64,000 bases of DNA from Eutreptiella sp. 'Long Island Sound 2002' (lineage: Eukaryota > Protista > Euglenida), in the NCBI GenBank assembly GCA_964036045.1, contig OZ038378.1, forward strand, positions 166,966,001 through 167,030,000, written 5' to 3'. Below, piece by piece: positions 49,790-62,100 of this stretch. Both the position numbers and the translations under genes were made by a program. How positions within the stretch are numbered: position 1 is the stretch's first letter; every line of letters begins with the position of its first letter. Below the pieces are notes generated by a model. That model was given only the letters and a program-made list of their open reading frames with translations. It made no database searches and was not told the origin of the DNA.

Positions 49790-50320
49790 CTTAAAAATGG
49801 CTGCCTCAATGCGCTCATTGACGCCGTAAACTTTTTTTTTGATAAATTATAGCCGTTTCCGAAAGTTAGCAACTTCACCAGGTTGAGTTTTTGGCATTCA
49901 GCATCCACTATTTGTAGATAAGCTAGGGATCCAATCTGAATGTGCATTCGCAAAGTTAAGGTACCAAATAATACTGTATATAAGCCACATGCTTGAAATC
50001 TAGAGAAATGGCAACAGCAAGTTAATTCTGTGACCGCACAGACGACAAGTATCTGGCTTGATGTTGGCGCGCTATCCAAAACGCTTTCCAAATCGAACGA
50101 CAGCCAAAGGCTTCGGATTTAAGACTCGAAACCTGATTTTCAACGGAAAATTTTCAACGGAAAATAATGGTGCAGAAGCACTTTGTTGTGTTTATTTTGT
50201 TTTACGTATCTTTTAGCACTGATCTTTCATTTCCCGATGCTCAACCGTAGATGCTGCATTTTTGAGGACAAAATAAGAGAATACATAAAAAATTTAATCA
50301 AAATTAACTGTTGATTCATC
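49790..50320 (+). repeat. ~550-bp AT-rich repeat X; a second copy is split by the Mutator-like insertion (50460-50516 + 57005-57510)
   Basis: Shared AAAATGG(C/T)(T/C)GCCTCAATGCG, GAAAGTTAG, TTTGGCATTCAGCATCCACTA, AGATAAGCTAGG in the same order and orientation. Confidence 0.75.
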
Positions 50321-50769
50321 ACCTAGTTCAATTCCCTCCTCATGGGGGGCTCTCCATGTGGGGGTCAGGGAATGGGGACCCGCCCCTTTCTAAAACCTCC
50401 TTTTTGTACCATTTTATACAGAACGCACAACAAAACAAAACATACTTCAAAAATAACCAAGACAAAATGGCCGCCTCAATGCGATGATTAACATGCTAAA
50501 CTTTTTTTTCATAGATGGGTCTGTAGTGAAACCTAGTAAAAAAATTTTTTTTTTAAAAAGTTTTTTTTTTACTAGGTAACAGTTTACTAGGTAACACGTT
50601 TTTTTACTGGGTATTGGGAACCTAGTAAAAAAAAAAACTTTTTTTTTTACTAGGTTTCAAAACCTAGTAAAAAAAAAACTTTTTTTTTACTAGGTTTCCA
50701 AACCTAGTAAAAAAAAAGTTTTTGTTTTTACTAGGTTTCAGAACCTGGTAAACACAAAATTTTTGTACT

Positions 50770-53700
50770 TGTGGGCCACTTCTGATTTTGCCCCCCGCTC
50801 TGAAGCGGAGGGGATCCCCGATACGGCAGGGGTGAGGTAGCCACTTTGCCCACTTGTGGGCCAATTCTGATTTTGCCCCCCGCTCTGCAGCGGTGGGGAT
50901 CCCCGATACGGCAGGGGTGAGGTAGCCAATTTGCCCACTTGTGGGCCACTTCTGATTTTGCCCCCCGCTCTGCAGCGCTGGGGATCCCCGATAAGGCAGG
51001 GGTGAGGTAGCCACTTTGCCCACTTGTGGGCCACTTCTGATTCTGCCCCCCGCTCTGCAGCGCTGGGAATCCCCGATACGGCAGGGGTGAGGTAGCCACT
51101 TTGCCCACTTGTGGGCCACTTCTGATTTTGCCCCCCGCTCTGCAGCGGTGGGGCTCCCCGATACGGCAGGGGTGAGGTAGCCACTTTGCCCACTTGTGGG
51201 CCACTTCTGATTTTGCCCCCCGCTCTGAAACAGTGGGGCTCCCCGATACGGCAGGGGTGAGGTAGCCACTTCGCCCACTTGTGGGCCACTTCTGATTTTG
51301 CCCCCCGCTCTGCAGCGGTGGGGATCCCCGATACGGCAGGGGTGAGGTAGCCACTTTGCCCACTTGTGGGCCACTTCTGATTTTGCCCCCCGCTCTGCAG
51401 CGGTGGGGATCCCCGATACGGCAGGGGTGAGGTAGCCACTTTGCCCACTTGTGGGCCACTTCTGATTTCGCCTCCCGCTCTGCAGCAGCGGTGGGGATCC
51501 CCGATACGGCAGGGGTGAGGTAGCCACTTTGCCCACTTGTGGGCCACTTCTGATTTTGCCCCCCGCTCTGAAGGGGAGGGGATCCCCGATACGGCAGGGG
51601 TGAGGTAGCCAATTTGCCCACTTGTGGGCCACTTCTGATTTTGCTCCCCGCTCTGCAGCGGTGGGGCTCCCCGATACGGCAGGGGTGAGGTAGCCACTTT
51701 GCCCACTTGTGGGCCACTTCTGATTTTGCCCCCCGCTCTGAAGCGGAGGGGATCCCCGATACGGCAGGGGTGAGGTAGCCACTTTGCCCACTTGTGGGCC
51801 ACTTCTGATTTTGCCCCCCGCTCTGAAGCGGAGGGGATCCCCGATACGGCAGGGGTGAGGTAGCCAATTTGCCCACTTGTGGGCCACTTCTGATTTTGCC
51901 CCCCGCTCTGCAGCGGTGGGGATCCCCGATACGGCAGGGGTGAGGTAGCCAATTTGCCCACTTGTGGGCCACTTCTGATTTTGCCCCCCGCTCTGAAGCG
52001 GAGGGGATCCCCGATACGGCAGGGGTGAGGTAGCCAATTTGCCCACTTGTGGGCCACTTCTGATTCTGCCCCCCGCTCTGCAGCGGTGGGGATCCCCGAT
52101 ACGGCAGGGGTGAGGTAGCCAATTTGCCCACTTGTGGGCCACTTCTGATTTTGCCCCCCGCTCTGCAGCGGTGGGGATCCCCGATACGGCAGGGGTGAGG
52201 TAGCCACTTTGCCCACTTGTGGGCCACTTCTGATTCTGCCCCCCGCTCTGCAGCGGTGGGGATCCCCGATACGGCAGGGGTGAGGTAGCCACTTTGCCCA
52301 CTTGTGGGCCACTTCTGATTTTGCCCCCCGCTCTGAAGCAGTGGGGCTCCCCGATACGGCAGGGGTGAGGTAGCCACTTCGCCCACTTGTGGGCCACTTC
52401 TGATTTTGCCCCCCGCTCTGCAGCGCTGGGGCTCCCCGATACGGCAGGGGTGAGGTAGCCACTTTGGCCACTTGTGGGCCACTTCTGATTTTGCCCCCCG
52501 CTCTGCAGCGGTGGGGCTCCCCGATACGGCAGGGGTGAGGTAGCCACTTTGCCCACTTGTGGGCCACTTCTGATTTTGCCCCCCGCTCTGAAGCGGAGGG
52601 GATCCCCGATACGGCAGGGGTGAGGTAGCCACTTTGCCCACTTGTGGGCCACTTCTGATTTTGCCCCCCGCTCTGAAGCGGAGGGGATCCCCGATACGGC
52701 AGGGGTGAGGTAGCCAATTTGCCCACTTGTGGGCCACTTCTGATTTTGCCCCCCGCTCTGAAGCGGAGGGGATCCCCGATACGGCAGGGGTGAGGTAGCC
52801 AATTTGCCCACTTGTGGGCCACTTCTGATTCTGCCCCCTGCTCTGCAGCGGTGGGGATCCCCGATACGGCAGGGGTGAGGTAGCCAATTTGCCCACTTGT
52901 GGGCCACTTCTGATTTTGCCCCCCGCTCTGCAGCGGTGGGGATCCCCGATACGGCAGGGGTGAGGTAGCCAATTTGCCCACTTGTGGGCCACTTCTGATT
53001 TTGCCCCCCGCTCTGCAGCGGTGGGGATCCCCGATACGGCAGGGGTGAGGTAGCCAATTTGCCCACTTGTGGGCCACTTCTGATTTTGCCCCCCGCTCTG
53101 CAGCGGTGGGGATCCCCGATACGGCAGGGGTGAGGTAGCCAATTTGCCCACTTGTGGGCCACTTCTGATTTTGCCCCCCGCTCTGAAGCGGAGGGGATCC
53201 CCGATACGGCAGGGGTGAGGTAGCCAATTTGCCCACTTGTGGGCCACTTCTGATTTTGCCCCCCGCTCTGCAGCGGTGGGGCTCCCCGATACGGCAGGGG
53301 TGAGGTAGCCACTTTGCCCACTTGTGGGCCACTTCTGATTTTGCCCCCCTCTGCAGCGGTGGGGATCCCCGATACGGCAGGGGTGAGGTAGCCACTTTGC
53401 CCACTTGTGGGCCACTTCTGATTTTGCCCCCCGCTCTGAAGCGGAGGGGATCCCCGATACGGCAGGGGTGAGGTAGCCAATTTGCCCACTTGTGGGCCAC
53501 TTCTGATTTTGCCCCCCGCTCTGAAGCGGAGGGGATCCCCGATACGGCAGGGGTGAGGTAGCCAATTTGCCCACTTGTGGGCCACTTCTGATTCTGCCCC
53601 CTGCTCTGCAGCGGTGGGGATCCCCGATACGGCAGGGGTGAGGTAGCCACTTTGCCCACTTGTGGGCCACTTCTGATTTTGCCCCCCGCTCTGAAGCGGA

Positions 53701-54963
53701 GGGGATCCCCGATACGGCAGGGGTGAGGTAGCCAATTTGCCCACTTGTGGGCCACTTCTGATTTTGCCCCCCGCTCTGCAGCGGTGGGGATCCCCGATAC
53801 GGCAGGGGTGAGGTAGCCAATTTGCCCACTTGTGGGCCACTTCTGATTTTGCCCCCCGCTCTGAAGCGGAGGGCATCCCCGATACGGCAGGGGTGAGGTA
53901 GCCACTTTGCCCACTTCTGGGCCACTTCTGATTTTGCCCCCCGCTCTGCAGCGGTGGGGATCCCCGATACGGCAGGGGTGAGGTAGCCAATTTGCCCACT
54001 TGTGGGCCACTTCTGATTTTGCCCCCCGCTCTGCAGCGGTGGGGATCCCCGATACGGCAGGGGTGAGGTAGCCAATTTGCCCACTTGTGGGCCACTTCTG
54101 ATTTTGCCCCCCGCTCTGCAGCGGTGGGGATCCCCGATACGGCAGGGGTGAGGTAGCCACTTTGCCCACTTGTGGGCCACTTCTGATTTTGCCCCCCGCT
54201 CTGAAGCGGAGGGGATCCCCGATACGGCAGGGGTGAGGTAGCCAATTTGCCCACTTGTGGGCCACTTCTGATTTTGCCCCCCGCTCTGAAGCGGAGGGCA
54301 TCCCCGATACGGCAGGGGTGAGGTAGCCACTTTGCCCACTTGTGGGCCACTTCTGATTTTGCCCCCCGCTCTGAAGCGGAGGGGATCCCCGATACGGCAG
54401 GGGTGAGGTAGCCAATTTGCCCACTTGTGGGCCACTTCTGATTTTGCCCCCCGCTCTGAAGCGGAGGGGATCCCCGATACGGCAGGGGTGAGGTAGCCAA
54501 TTTGCCCACTTGTGGGCCACTTCTGATTTTGCCCCCCGCTCTGCAGCGGTGGGGATCCCCGATACGGCAGGGGTGAGGTAGCCAATTTGCCCACTTGTGG
54601 GCCACTTCTGATTTTGCCCCCCGCTCTGCAGCGGTGGGGATCCCCGATACGGCAGGGGTGAGGTAGCCACTTTGCCCACTTGTGGGCCACTTCTGATTTT
54701 GCCCCCCGCTCTGAAGCGGAGGGCATCCCCGATACGGCAGGGGTGAGGTAGCCACTTTGCCCACTTGTGGGCCACTTCTGATTTTGCCCCCCGCTCTGAA
54801 GCGGAGGGGATCCCCGATACGGCAGGGGTGAGGTAGCCAATTTGCCCACTTGTGGGCCACTTCTGATTTTGCCCCCCGCTCTGCAGCGGTGGGGATCCCC
54901 GATACGGCAGGGGTGAGGTAGCCAATTTGCCCACTTGTGGGCCACTTCTGATTTTGCCCCCCT
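50770..54963. repeat. 85-bp tandem satellite, about 49 copies
   Basis: Unit GTGGGCCACTTCTGATTTTGCCCCCCGCTCTG(C/A)AGCGG(T/A)GGGGATCCCCGATACGGCAGGGGTGAGGTAGCCA(A/C)TTTGCCCACTT; 85-aa periodicity in all three minus frames. Confidence 0.97.
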
Positions 54964-56519
54964 CCACACACCCGGATGGTGACAGCAGCCTCCCCGCAAT
55001 TACCCCCGCAAATGCGTCTCCTACCAGCCCGCCTCTAGCCATGGAGGAATTTGCCGACCATCCCAATGCTGGGACGGAGACTGTCCCCCCACCCCCATGC
55101 TCTAATACCACCCCGCTGTCACAGACGGGAATGGTTATTACGAGGCCTGTTTGTGGACATGACGTCTTGGCCGCAGTGTGCCATGCCCTGACCAATGGCC
55201 CAGGCGGCCCTACTGCCCAATTGCAGCATGTTGAGTCATTGCTCCATGACGAATGGGAACGACCACTTGACGTGATCATTCCAAGTTCTGGGTCTCAACA
55301 ATATAAGCTAGAGGCACGCCATTTGAGGGATGTTTACTCAGAATCTTACGTCACAGATACCGCCGAGATTGTTTTGTATTACTGGTGGTCCGCTCGGACA
55401 GCTTTGAGTGCGGACTGGGATGTTATGGGTGTGGCGTGGGTTGTGCGTGACTCATTGTGGAATGTGTCGGCTTTACCGTTGGGTCGTAGGGAGGTGTTGG
55501 CTGAGTCATGGGCGCGGCGTACTTTGAACGCGGCGTCCATTGATATGATCTATGCGCCCCCCTTGCTCGTGGCGCAGATTTATAATAAGCGCAATGCACA
55601 TTGGGTGCTGCGCTTGTTGTTGGTTTCCCCAACACGTACTTTCTTGTGCCTCGTGTTCGATCCGCTGTGTTACAAGCCGTACATAGCGGGTGCAAACACC
55701 GAGGAGTTGGCAATAGTGAACCTCATTGCCGAACAAGAAGGCATTAAGGCAAGGGCGCTGAAGAGGTGGGACAAGTTTTTGGGTGAGTTCGGCAGTGTAG
55801 CTTTTGCTATAGCCCCCCTCTACTCCACCTTCCTACATCAGGACGACGGTGTGAGCTGCCATCCTGCCTGCCTTATGATGCTACATTGCCTTTTGTCTAG
55901 GCGTGTTGTCAACGGTAGCATCCAACTTCCACAAGACAGATTGTGGTTGTTGCGTGAGATTGCACAGGCAGCTTTGCACTATCGCAGTTCTCCGCCTGCC
56001 CCCCCTATTGAGACCACACCCAGTTGGGCCTTGGCACGGATGTATGCTACGCCCTATTGTTCACCCAGCCGTTCGTCGTGCTTTTTTTGCGACGACACAG
56101 CCCACATCACGTGCCCTGAATGTGGAGTTTATCAGTGTGCCCTGCATGCTTCCGGTTTCTGTTCCACAGAGATATGTGTGGCATTGCGCAAATGGAATGT
56201 GCAATTTACTGCCACACTGGCATGCATTGTGTTGGCATTCGCCTTGGGTGACCGGCTTGTGGTTGACAAGCCGCCTTCTGTAGATGAGGTCCGTCCAAAG
56301 GTGGTGATCCGTGGTGAAGAATTTTTTGTTCCAGAGCATTACCCCAAAGATGCCTATGGGAGATTGGAGTATGACAAAAATCTAATCAAAGAGTTGGAAG
56401 AAAAGACCACGGGCGTGATTCACAACATGTGCAAGCACAACCCTCCCTCTGCACAACCCACCTACAAAGACAAGAAGTCGGACCTCATCTACAAGCGCGT
56501 GTTTTGCGACTTCATATAA
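54927..56519 (+). CDS. Ulp1/SENP-like cysteine protease (peptidase C48-like) with C-terminal Cys/His zinc cluster; first ATG at 55041
   Basis: Triad in C48 order: NAHWVL (His), VFDPL (Asp), HQDDGVSCH (oxyanion Gln + Cys). Then CFFC..CPEC..CALH..C..C. Single uninterrupted exon. Confidence 0.75.
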   Translation: MPTCGPLLILPPSTHPDGDSSLPAITPANASPTSPPLAMEEFADHPNAGTETVPPPPCSNTTPLSQTGMVITRPVCGHDVLAAVCHALTNGPGGPTAQLQHVESLLHDEWERPLDVIIPSSGSQQYKLEARHLRDVYSESYVTDTAEIVLYYWWSARTALSADWDVMGVAWVVRDSLWNVSALPLGRREVLAESWARRTLNAASIDMIYAPPLLVAQIYNKRNAHWVLRLLLVSPTRTFLCLVFDPLCYKPYIAGANTEELAIVNLIAEQEGIKARALKRWDKFLGEFGSVAFAIAPLYSTFLHQDDGVSCHPACLMMLHCLLSRRVVNGSIQLPQDRLWLLREIAQAALHYRSSPPAPPIETTPSWALARMYATPYCSPSRSSCFFCDDTAHITCPECGVYQCALHASGFCSTEICVALRKWNVQFTATLACIVLAFALGDRLVVDKPPSVDEVRPKVVIRGEEFFVPEHYPKDAYGRLEYDKNLIKELEEKTTGVIHNMCKHNPPSAQPTYKDKKSDLIYKRVFCDFI

Positions 56520-57789
56520 AGCACGCGTGTGTGCACCTCATATATGTATATATATATTTATCATATAAAAGCTCCTTCTTTTCTTGAGCCTCATTTTGTT
56601 TTTGCTGACCTTGCAATACACGGTTTGGCCCGGGTGGGGCGCCACTTACACAAGTGGCCTGGAATAGACCAGGGGGCACCATGCCCTTAAACATAAATAC
56701 CACCTACCGTTGACCCCCCCCCCCCCCATAAACTTGGTTTTTTTTGTTCAAATTCAAGTCCAAATTTGTCACTACCTAGTAACCTAGTAAGGGAAAATTT
56801 TTTAAATTTTTTGCTTTTTTTACCTGGTAAAAAAAATTTTTTTTAAATTTTTTTTTAAAATTTTTGCTTTTTTTACCTAGTAAAAAAAATAAATTTTTAA
56901 AAAAAAATTTTTTACTAGGTTTTGCTACATTTTACTAGGTTTTGCTACATTTTACTAGGTTTTGCTACGTGCATACTAGGTTTCACCAAATGCCCTTCAT
57001 AGATTCTACCCGTTTTGGAAAGTTAGTAGCCTCACAAGATTGACTATTTGGCATTCAGCATCCACTAATTTTAGATAAGCTAGGCATGGCCGGGATCTGA
57101 AGGTGCACCAGCAAAGTTTAGGTCCCAAATAACACTATATACAAGCCATATGCCCGAAATCCAAGAAATTGTGATCGGAAAGTAGTTCTTTGACAGCACA
57201 GGCGACAGCAATCTGGGCTCGCTCTCCAAAAGGGCTGTCCAAATCCCAAATTAGCTACAAGCCACGAAATTTTGATCCGAGACCTGATTTATAAATGATT
57301 TTTTTTTGGGAAAATAATGCAGCTGAAGCGCTTTTTTGCATCAATAAATGTGTTTTTAGGAAAAATAATGCAGCTGAAGCGCTTTATTCGCATTACTTTC
57401 ATTTTTTCTATTTTGAAGTACTGATGTTTCATTTTTCAACGCTAAGTGTTCAACGACACATTTTTGACGTCAAAAAGTGAAAATGCATAAAAAATTAATC
57501 AAAATGAGCTTTTGGTTCTTCAAAATCAGACATATACGGCCCAATGTATGAATTTTTCAGGTTGTGGTGTATTGACGCTGTGTAGGTCATTTTGCTCAAT
57601 CCACCCACCTTTCTTCGGTAAGGTGGATGGGATACGAGTTATCGAGCAAATATTTGCATTGTCCTTGCTTAAGGGCAGTGCGCGGGGTGCCGCGCCACTG
57701 TCATCCCAAGAGTAAAGACTCTCAGGCGCTATGGTGACGCAACTGAGTTAACTGGAGGGCATTGACGTGACTGAGTCGCCAGAATTGTG

Positions 57790-60700
57790 ACTGGCGACTG
57801 ACTGACTTGAGTCAACCCAACAGTATCACAAATTGGAGAGACGCATTGCGACATTGAATCCAAACAACACGTAGCAATTTTTGGACGACTTTTTTTTAGG
57901 CGCCCAGGCAAAGTCAGGCGACGGATGGGTCCACAACAAGCCACGTTTCGAACTTGCACGGGCCCTTTCGCAAAAGGGGATTCGCTGAAGACAGTCGAGT
58001 GGATATGCTCTTTCAATCCTCATTTGAAGGAAAGTCGACTGGGGATTCTAGTGTTGATATGTCGTCCAGTTACACTTTGTTTTGTGAACCGGTCGAGTGG
58101 CATCCTTAGCGAACCATGCGCTCGCAAACGACAATGTGCTTGCTATCATTCCTCATCTCTCAATTCTTTTGGATCGATATTACGACATTGCATCAAGGTG
58201 GTGTGCAATCGCTTTGGTTTGGGTAGATTGATGGTGTGCAAAGCCAACACATGCTTTATGTCCTCTCATCCATAGAGCGCATGCAAGGTAGATGGGGCTC
58301 GCGAGAAAGAGCGACAAAGAGTTCCCTTTGGTTGATCCCTCACATGGTGCCACAGAGTCTCTTTTTTTTTGCCCCATTCTGAAGAATCGAAAAGATTTGA
58401 TATGCGGCGATGTGCGTATTAGTAAGATTTGTCAAGGAAGGTACGCAGGACGAATGATAAAACGATTGCGGCTCGGGGAGGAAAGGCAAAGAGCGGCTCC
58501 AAGTCTTCCCCATCAAAAAATTTACCATAGGAACAAATGTCCTTGAAATATGAGCAGCGAAGATAATCCTCTTCTAGATCATGACCATTCTTGGGAAGTT
58601 GTTGGGGAGCGTCACACCTATATCGTCTTTGCGGCAACCTGTGTACGAAGAGACCAACGGCGATGATGTGTCAAAGATCGTTCGGGCGAAGGCGAACACA
58701 CATGCGAGCGCGATCGTGTTGAACTTGTATGAAACGGAGAGTGGGCACAAACGATTTTGGAAACTTGCCGGATCGGCCAACGTCGTGGCTAAGACACCCA
58801 TTGAAGGCGATGACACAAGGTGCTAAACCCCTGGTTCAAACGGCCGCCCTGTGCAACGAAGAGAAACGAGTGTCAGAGATATGCATGCACACCTGTTACG
58901 TTTGATTTTGCAGCAGCGCTTGCACTTCTTGTGTTTGCAAGGATTGTCCTTGGCAAAGGCTACAATTCCTGTGTCATATTTTTTACAATTGCCGTAATAT
59001 AGCAACATGTATGCGCGTGTTGAGGCTGTTCTCGCATCCAATTACCCCACTCTCATCATGCATCCATGCATACTGCTGCCGCTATTGCATCAAAGTGTTG
59101 CCAAGAGTGTCCCGTTGCCGACATTAGATCCGAAAATCTCAATCCTGAAGTGCGGTTGGGTGTGTACACCAAACCGGAGGAAGCGCCCCTCCACGAATGG
59201 GCATGGAACACGCTCCTCTTTCTGCTGTATGTGTGCAATGTAAGATACTATTGCTCTGTTCCAATAAGAGTAGGCAATGCACAGCATGTCGAGAAAAATT
59301 CATTCATTCATCCATCCATTATTTATTCATTCTATGGCGGCTTATGCCCCACCCTGGGCAAGTCCATGTCGAAGAACATTGCATACGGAATTCCTGATGT
59401 TGTTAAAGCCAAGCATCGAGAATTGTCTTGAGCCGCAACCATCATCCTTATCGTGTGCTACCACCACCCCGACAGTTCTTCCCTTTGTCCTTTCTGCCCA
59501 CATTTCCATGGCCAATCTAGAGTTTCGTCGTTGTGTCCTCCCATGCCGAGGACCGCTGCTACTAGGCCTTGGATTCCTCCTCTGCACGTGGGCCCACCGG
59601 GGGGGCCTTAGTTTCCCGCGCATACCCGATGTATCGTTCCCCGGTGCCGCTTGGTGGTTTACCTGGGACATTAAGAGACGCTCGACACGTCGCTTGTAGC
59701 GGTTGAAAACTTCCCTGTCCGCCATGGCTATGTGGCGCATCCGTGCCAATGGGCTGAAAGTGGATGGACAGACTAGCTCGGCATGGGTGAGTGATGGGTG
59801 CCCCTAAAGCACACAGAGCAAGGCCTGCACATGTGCATGCCCCATATGCCACAAGCCCCCCCCCCCCCCCACATCCCATGACCGGGTCGGGTGTTTGCAC
59901 CGGGCTCGAGGCCAAAGAACCTTTGTCTACCTATGTGTGCAGTTGGTGGGTCGCCAAAATCCAGCTCAGCTCATCATGGGAATCACCCCCCCCCCCCCCA
60001 CCCCCCACCCCCCACCCCGAGACTTGCAGTCATCCCACATTCCGACACGGGGGGATTCCCCTTGGACCTCTGTCAGCCGGAACCTTGGGTTGTTGGGACC
60101 AAAAAGTTTTGCTCCGCGTCTTCAGTGCAAATCAAAGAGTGTCAAATTGTTGTCCCACGTCTACGTGACCATTGCACACAGGGGGGGGGGGATTTCAGAC
60201 GCGGATAATTTTGAAGGAAGATTTTGTCTCTAAGGAAGGTGGCGAAATTTTCCCCTGGCGGAATCTAGGAGCGTTGGCAGTGCAATGTGTGCGTGAGGCA
60301 GTGTGAGTGAGCTTTGGGACTTGCAAGGGTGGCGAAATACCCCCCCGAAAATTTTGGGCGAAATATTCCCGCACGATATCATCTTCCCCCTGGATGTCCA
60401 TGTCCTAGTACTCGTGGGCCATGTATGTGCACCAGTCCAACCGTCGCCCCTCACGAAGACGTAGTTAGTACGACACTTTTCTTGCGGTTTACTTGACTCA
60501 CCAGATGGGAACAACACACAAAAAGAAATGGGTATTGTGAAAGGCAAAAAATACGCATGAGCCAAAAGGCTCCACGTGCTGCTCACCACTCACACACATT
60601 TGACTGCGTTGACGGAAATTGATGCAAATGCACATGCACAACAAACAAGACGCCTCGCGGTCTCGTAATCTGCCGCGCTAGGTTTGCAAACTCTTACAGC

Positions 60701-62100
60701 CCCCCTGTGTTGACCCCTCTGTTGCTGCACTGGCGATTTGGGCGACTGTGGGGCACACCTGAAGAGGATACGGGGTTCGGCGCTGCAAGTAAGAAGGAGT
60801 GGTGTACGGTGCCCCGGGTACCATCCACTGATCTGCTGTCGGCCACAGGGGTTTAGTTGTATTGGACACGGTGGCACATTTATTTAATACGAAGACCAAA
60901 ACTGTCGATGGTATCTCATGTGCCTTGCCATTCATGTGTCATGCGTGCGCCTTCTGTCCGTCAAGACAACCGGTTCACCTGGTCGTCTGGGCTTGGTCTG
61001 CTGTGTTACGTGCGTTTTTCACCCGCCTGCATAGAAACCCCTGCACCCCTGTCGCCCGCAAATGTAGTACCCCGAAATTTACAACCTCCGCAGCCTCTTG
61101 TTGAGCACATTTCCAAGGCAGAACACCAATGCCCCATCTCCTGCCTGACCTCCGATCCAGGCTCCAAAATATGACAGGCTTACGGAGCCCGCGTTTGGCC
61201 TACAGACGTTGAAGCTTACCGCAATTTTCATCCTGCTCCTCCTGAAACATCGTCTCCGCACTGGAAATACGGTCTGTCCTTCGCCGTCCTTTCGGGGTCA
61301 TTGTTCCTGCATCACAGACGAGGTGTATCATTTGAAGAAATCGGCGCTGACCTTTGATGTTCTGCCAGAGCCATGGTGGCGTGGCTCCAAAGTAAAGGCA
61401 TGGAATGTACAGCGCAACACAGAGGAAGGCTGGGCCCCGCTCGAAGTTCTGTCGACGCAGGTTTTCCCTTAGCTCTCAGTCCCAGAAGTGGTTCCAATGG
61501 ACAGTGATTCCAGAAGCAGCTATGCACTCTCTGCGAGTGCTCCTCAACAACGCTCTTTAGCTCGTTCTCGCCTTCAATGCCCCCTTTCAAAACTCTTCGG
61601 CCTTTTGCGGCATCTCCCAACATCCCCAACCCTCTGCAAAAGGTCCCCCAACATAAGGAATACGGGTGAGAATTTGAGCCTCTTGTTCTTGACTGTATGC
61701 CGATCCAAAATCCTCCATGAATAGTACGGGTGTGGTCCCCAAGAATATGAGTGGAGTAGTGAGAGATAGGGGCTGAGGGGTGCCCTTTGCCCCTTACAGC
61801 CCGCCCCAAAGGAGAAAGGCTTCCTGGCCAGGTTGCGCCAGCAGAGGGACATTGGTTTATGGGACCCTAAGGAGTCACCCGTTATACTGTTGGATAGAAT
61901 TTGATCCTGTCATGCTTGCTTCCCTCTGCTTTAACGCTTTGGCCAACAGCACCCAGAAGTGTTCTGTGGACTGTCTACTGCGCAAGAATTTTTGGCTGCA
62001 ATTGTTCTTGATTGTTAAATGCAGATTCCGGCCTTCCTTTTTACTGGCAACCTGAACACCTCAATCTCCCATGTCAGGTCCAAAGCTGCGTAATACCACC
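57790..62100 (+). pseudogene. Decayed long intronless ORF region with Cys-rich (CxC-like) clusters, probably a large DNA transposon relic
   Basis: Protein-like + strand segments broken by stops and frameshifts: CTSCVCKDC..CHIFYNC, KCCQECP..LGVYTKP..WNTLLFLL, FMCHACAFCP. MITE-like C-tract inserts at ~59850-60300. Confidence 0.35.

Larger units (their letters stand above)
50517..56995 (+). mobile_element. Non-autonomous Mutator/foldback-like DNA transposon, 6479 bp
   Basis: 9-bp TSD TTCATAGAT (50508-50516, 56996-57004); imperfect TIRs GGGTCTGTAGTGAAACCTAGTA / TACTAGGTTTCACCAAATGCCC; subterminal ACCTAGTAAAA/TTTTACTAGGT arrays at both ends. Confidence 0.8.

Noticed and set aside
50664-55279. Three 1400-1500 aa minus-strand ORFs
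   Set aside because: Artefact of the 85-bp unit having no minus-strand stop in any frame. All three frames give the same permuted 85-aa repeat and there is no plausible unique domain.
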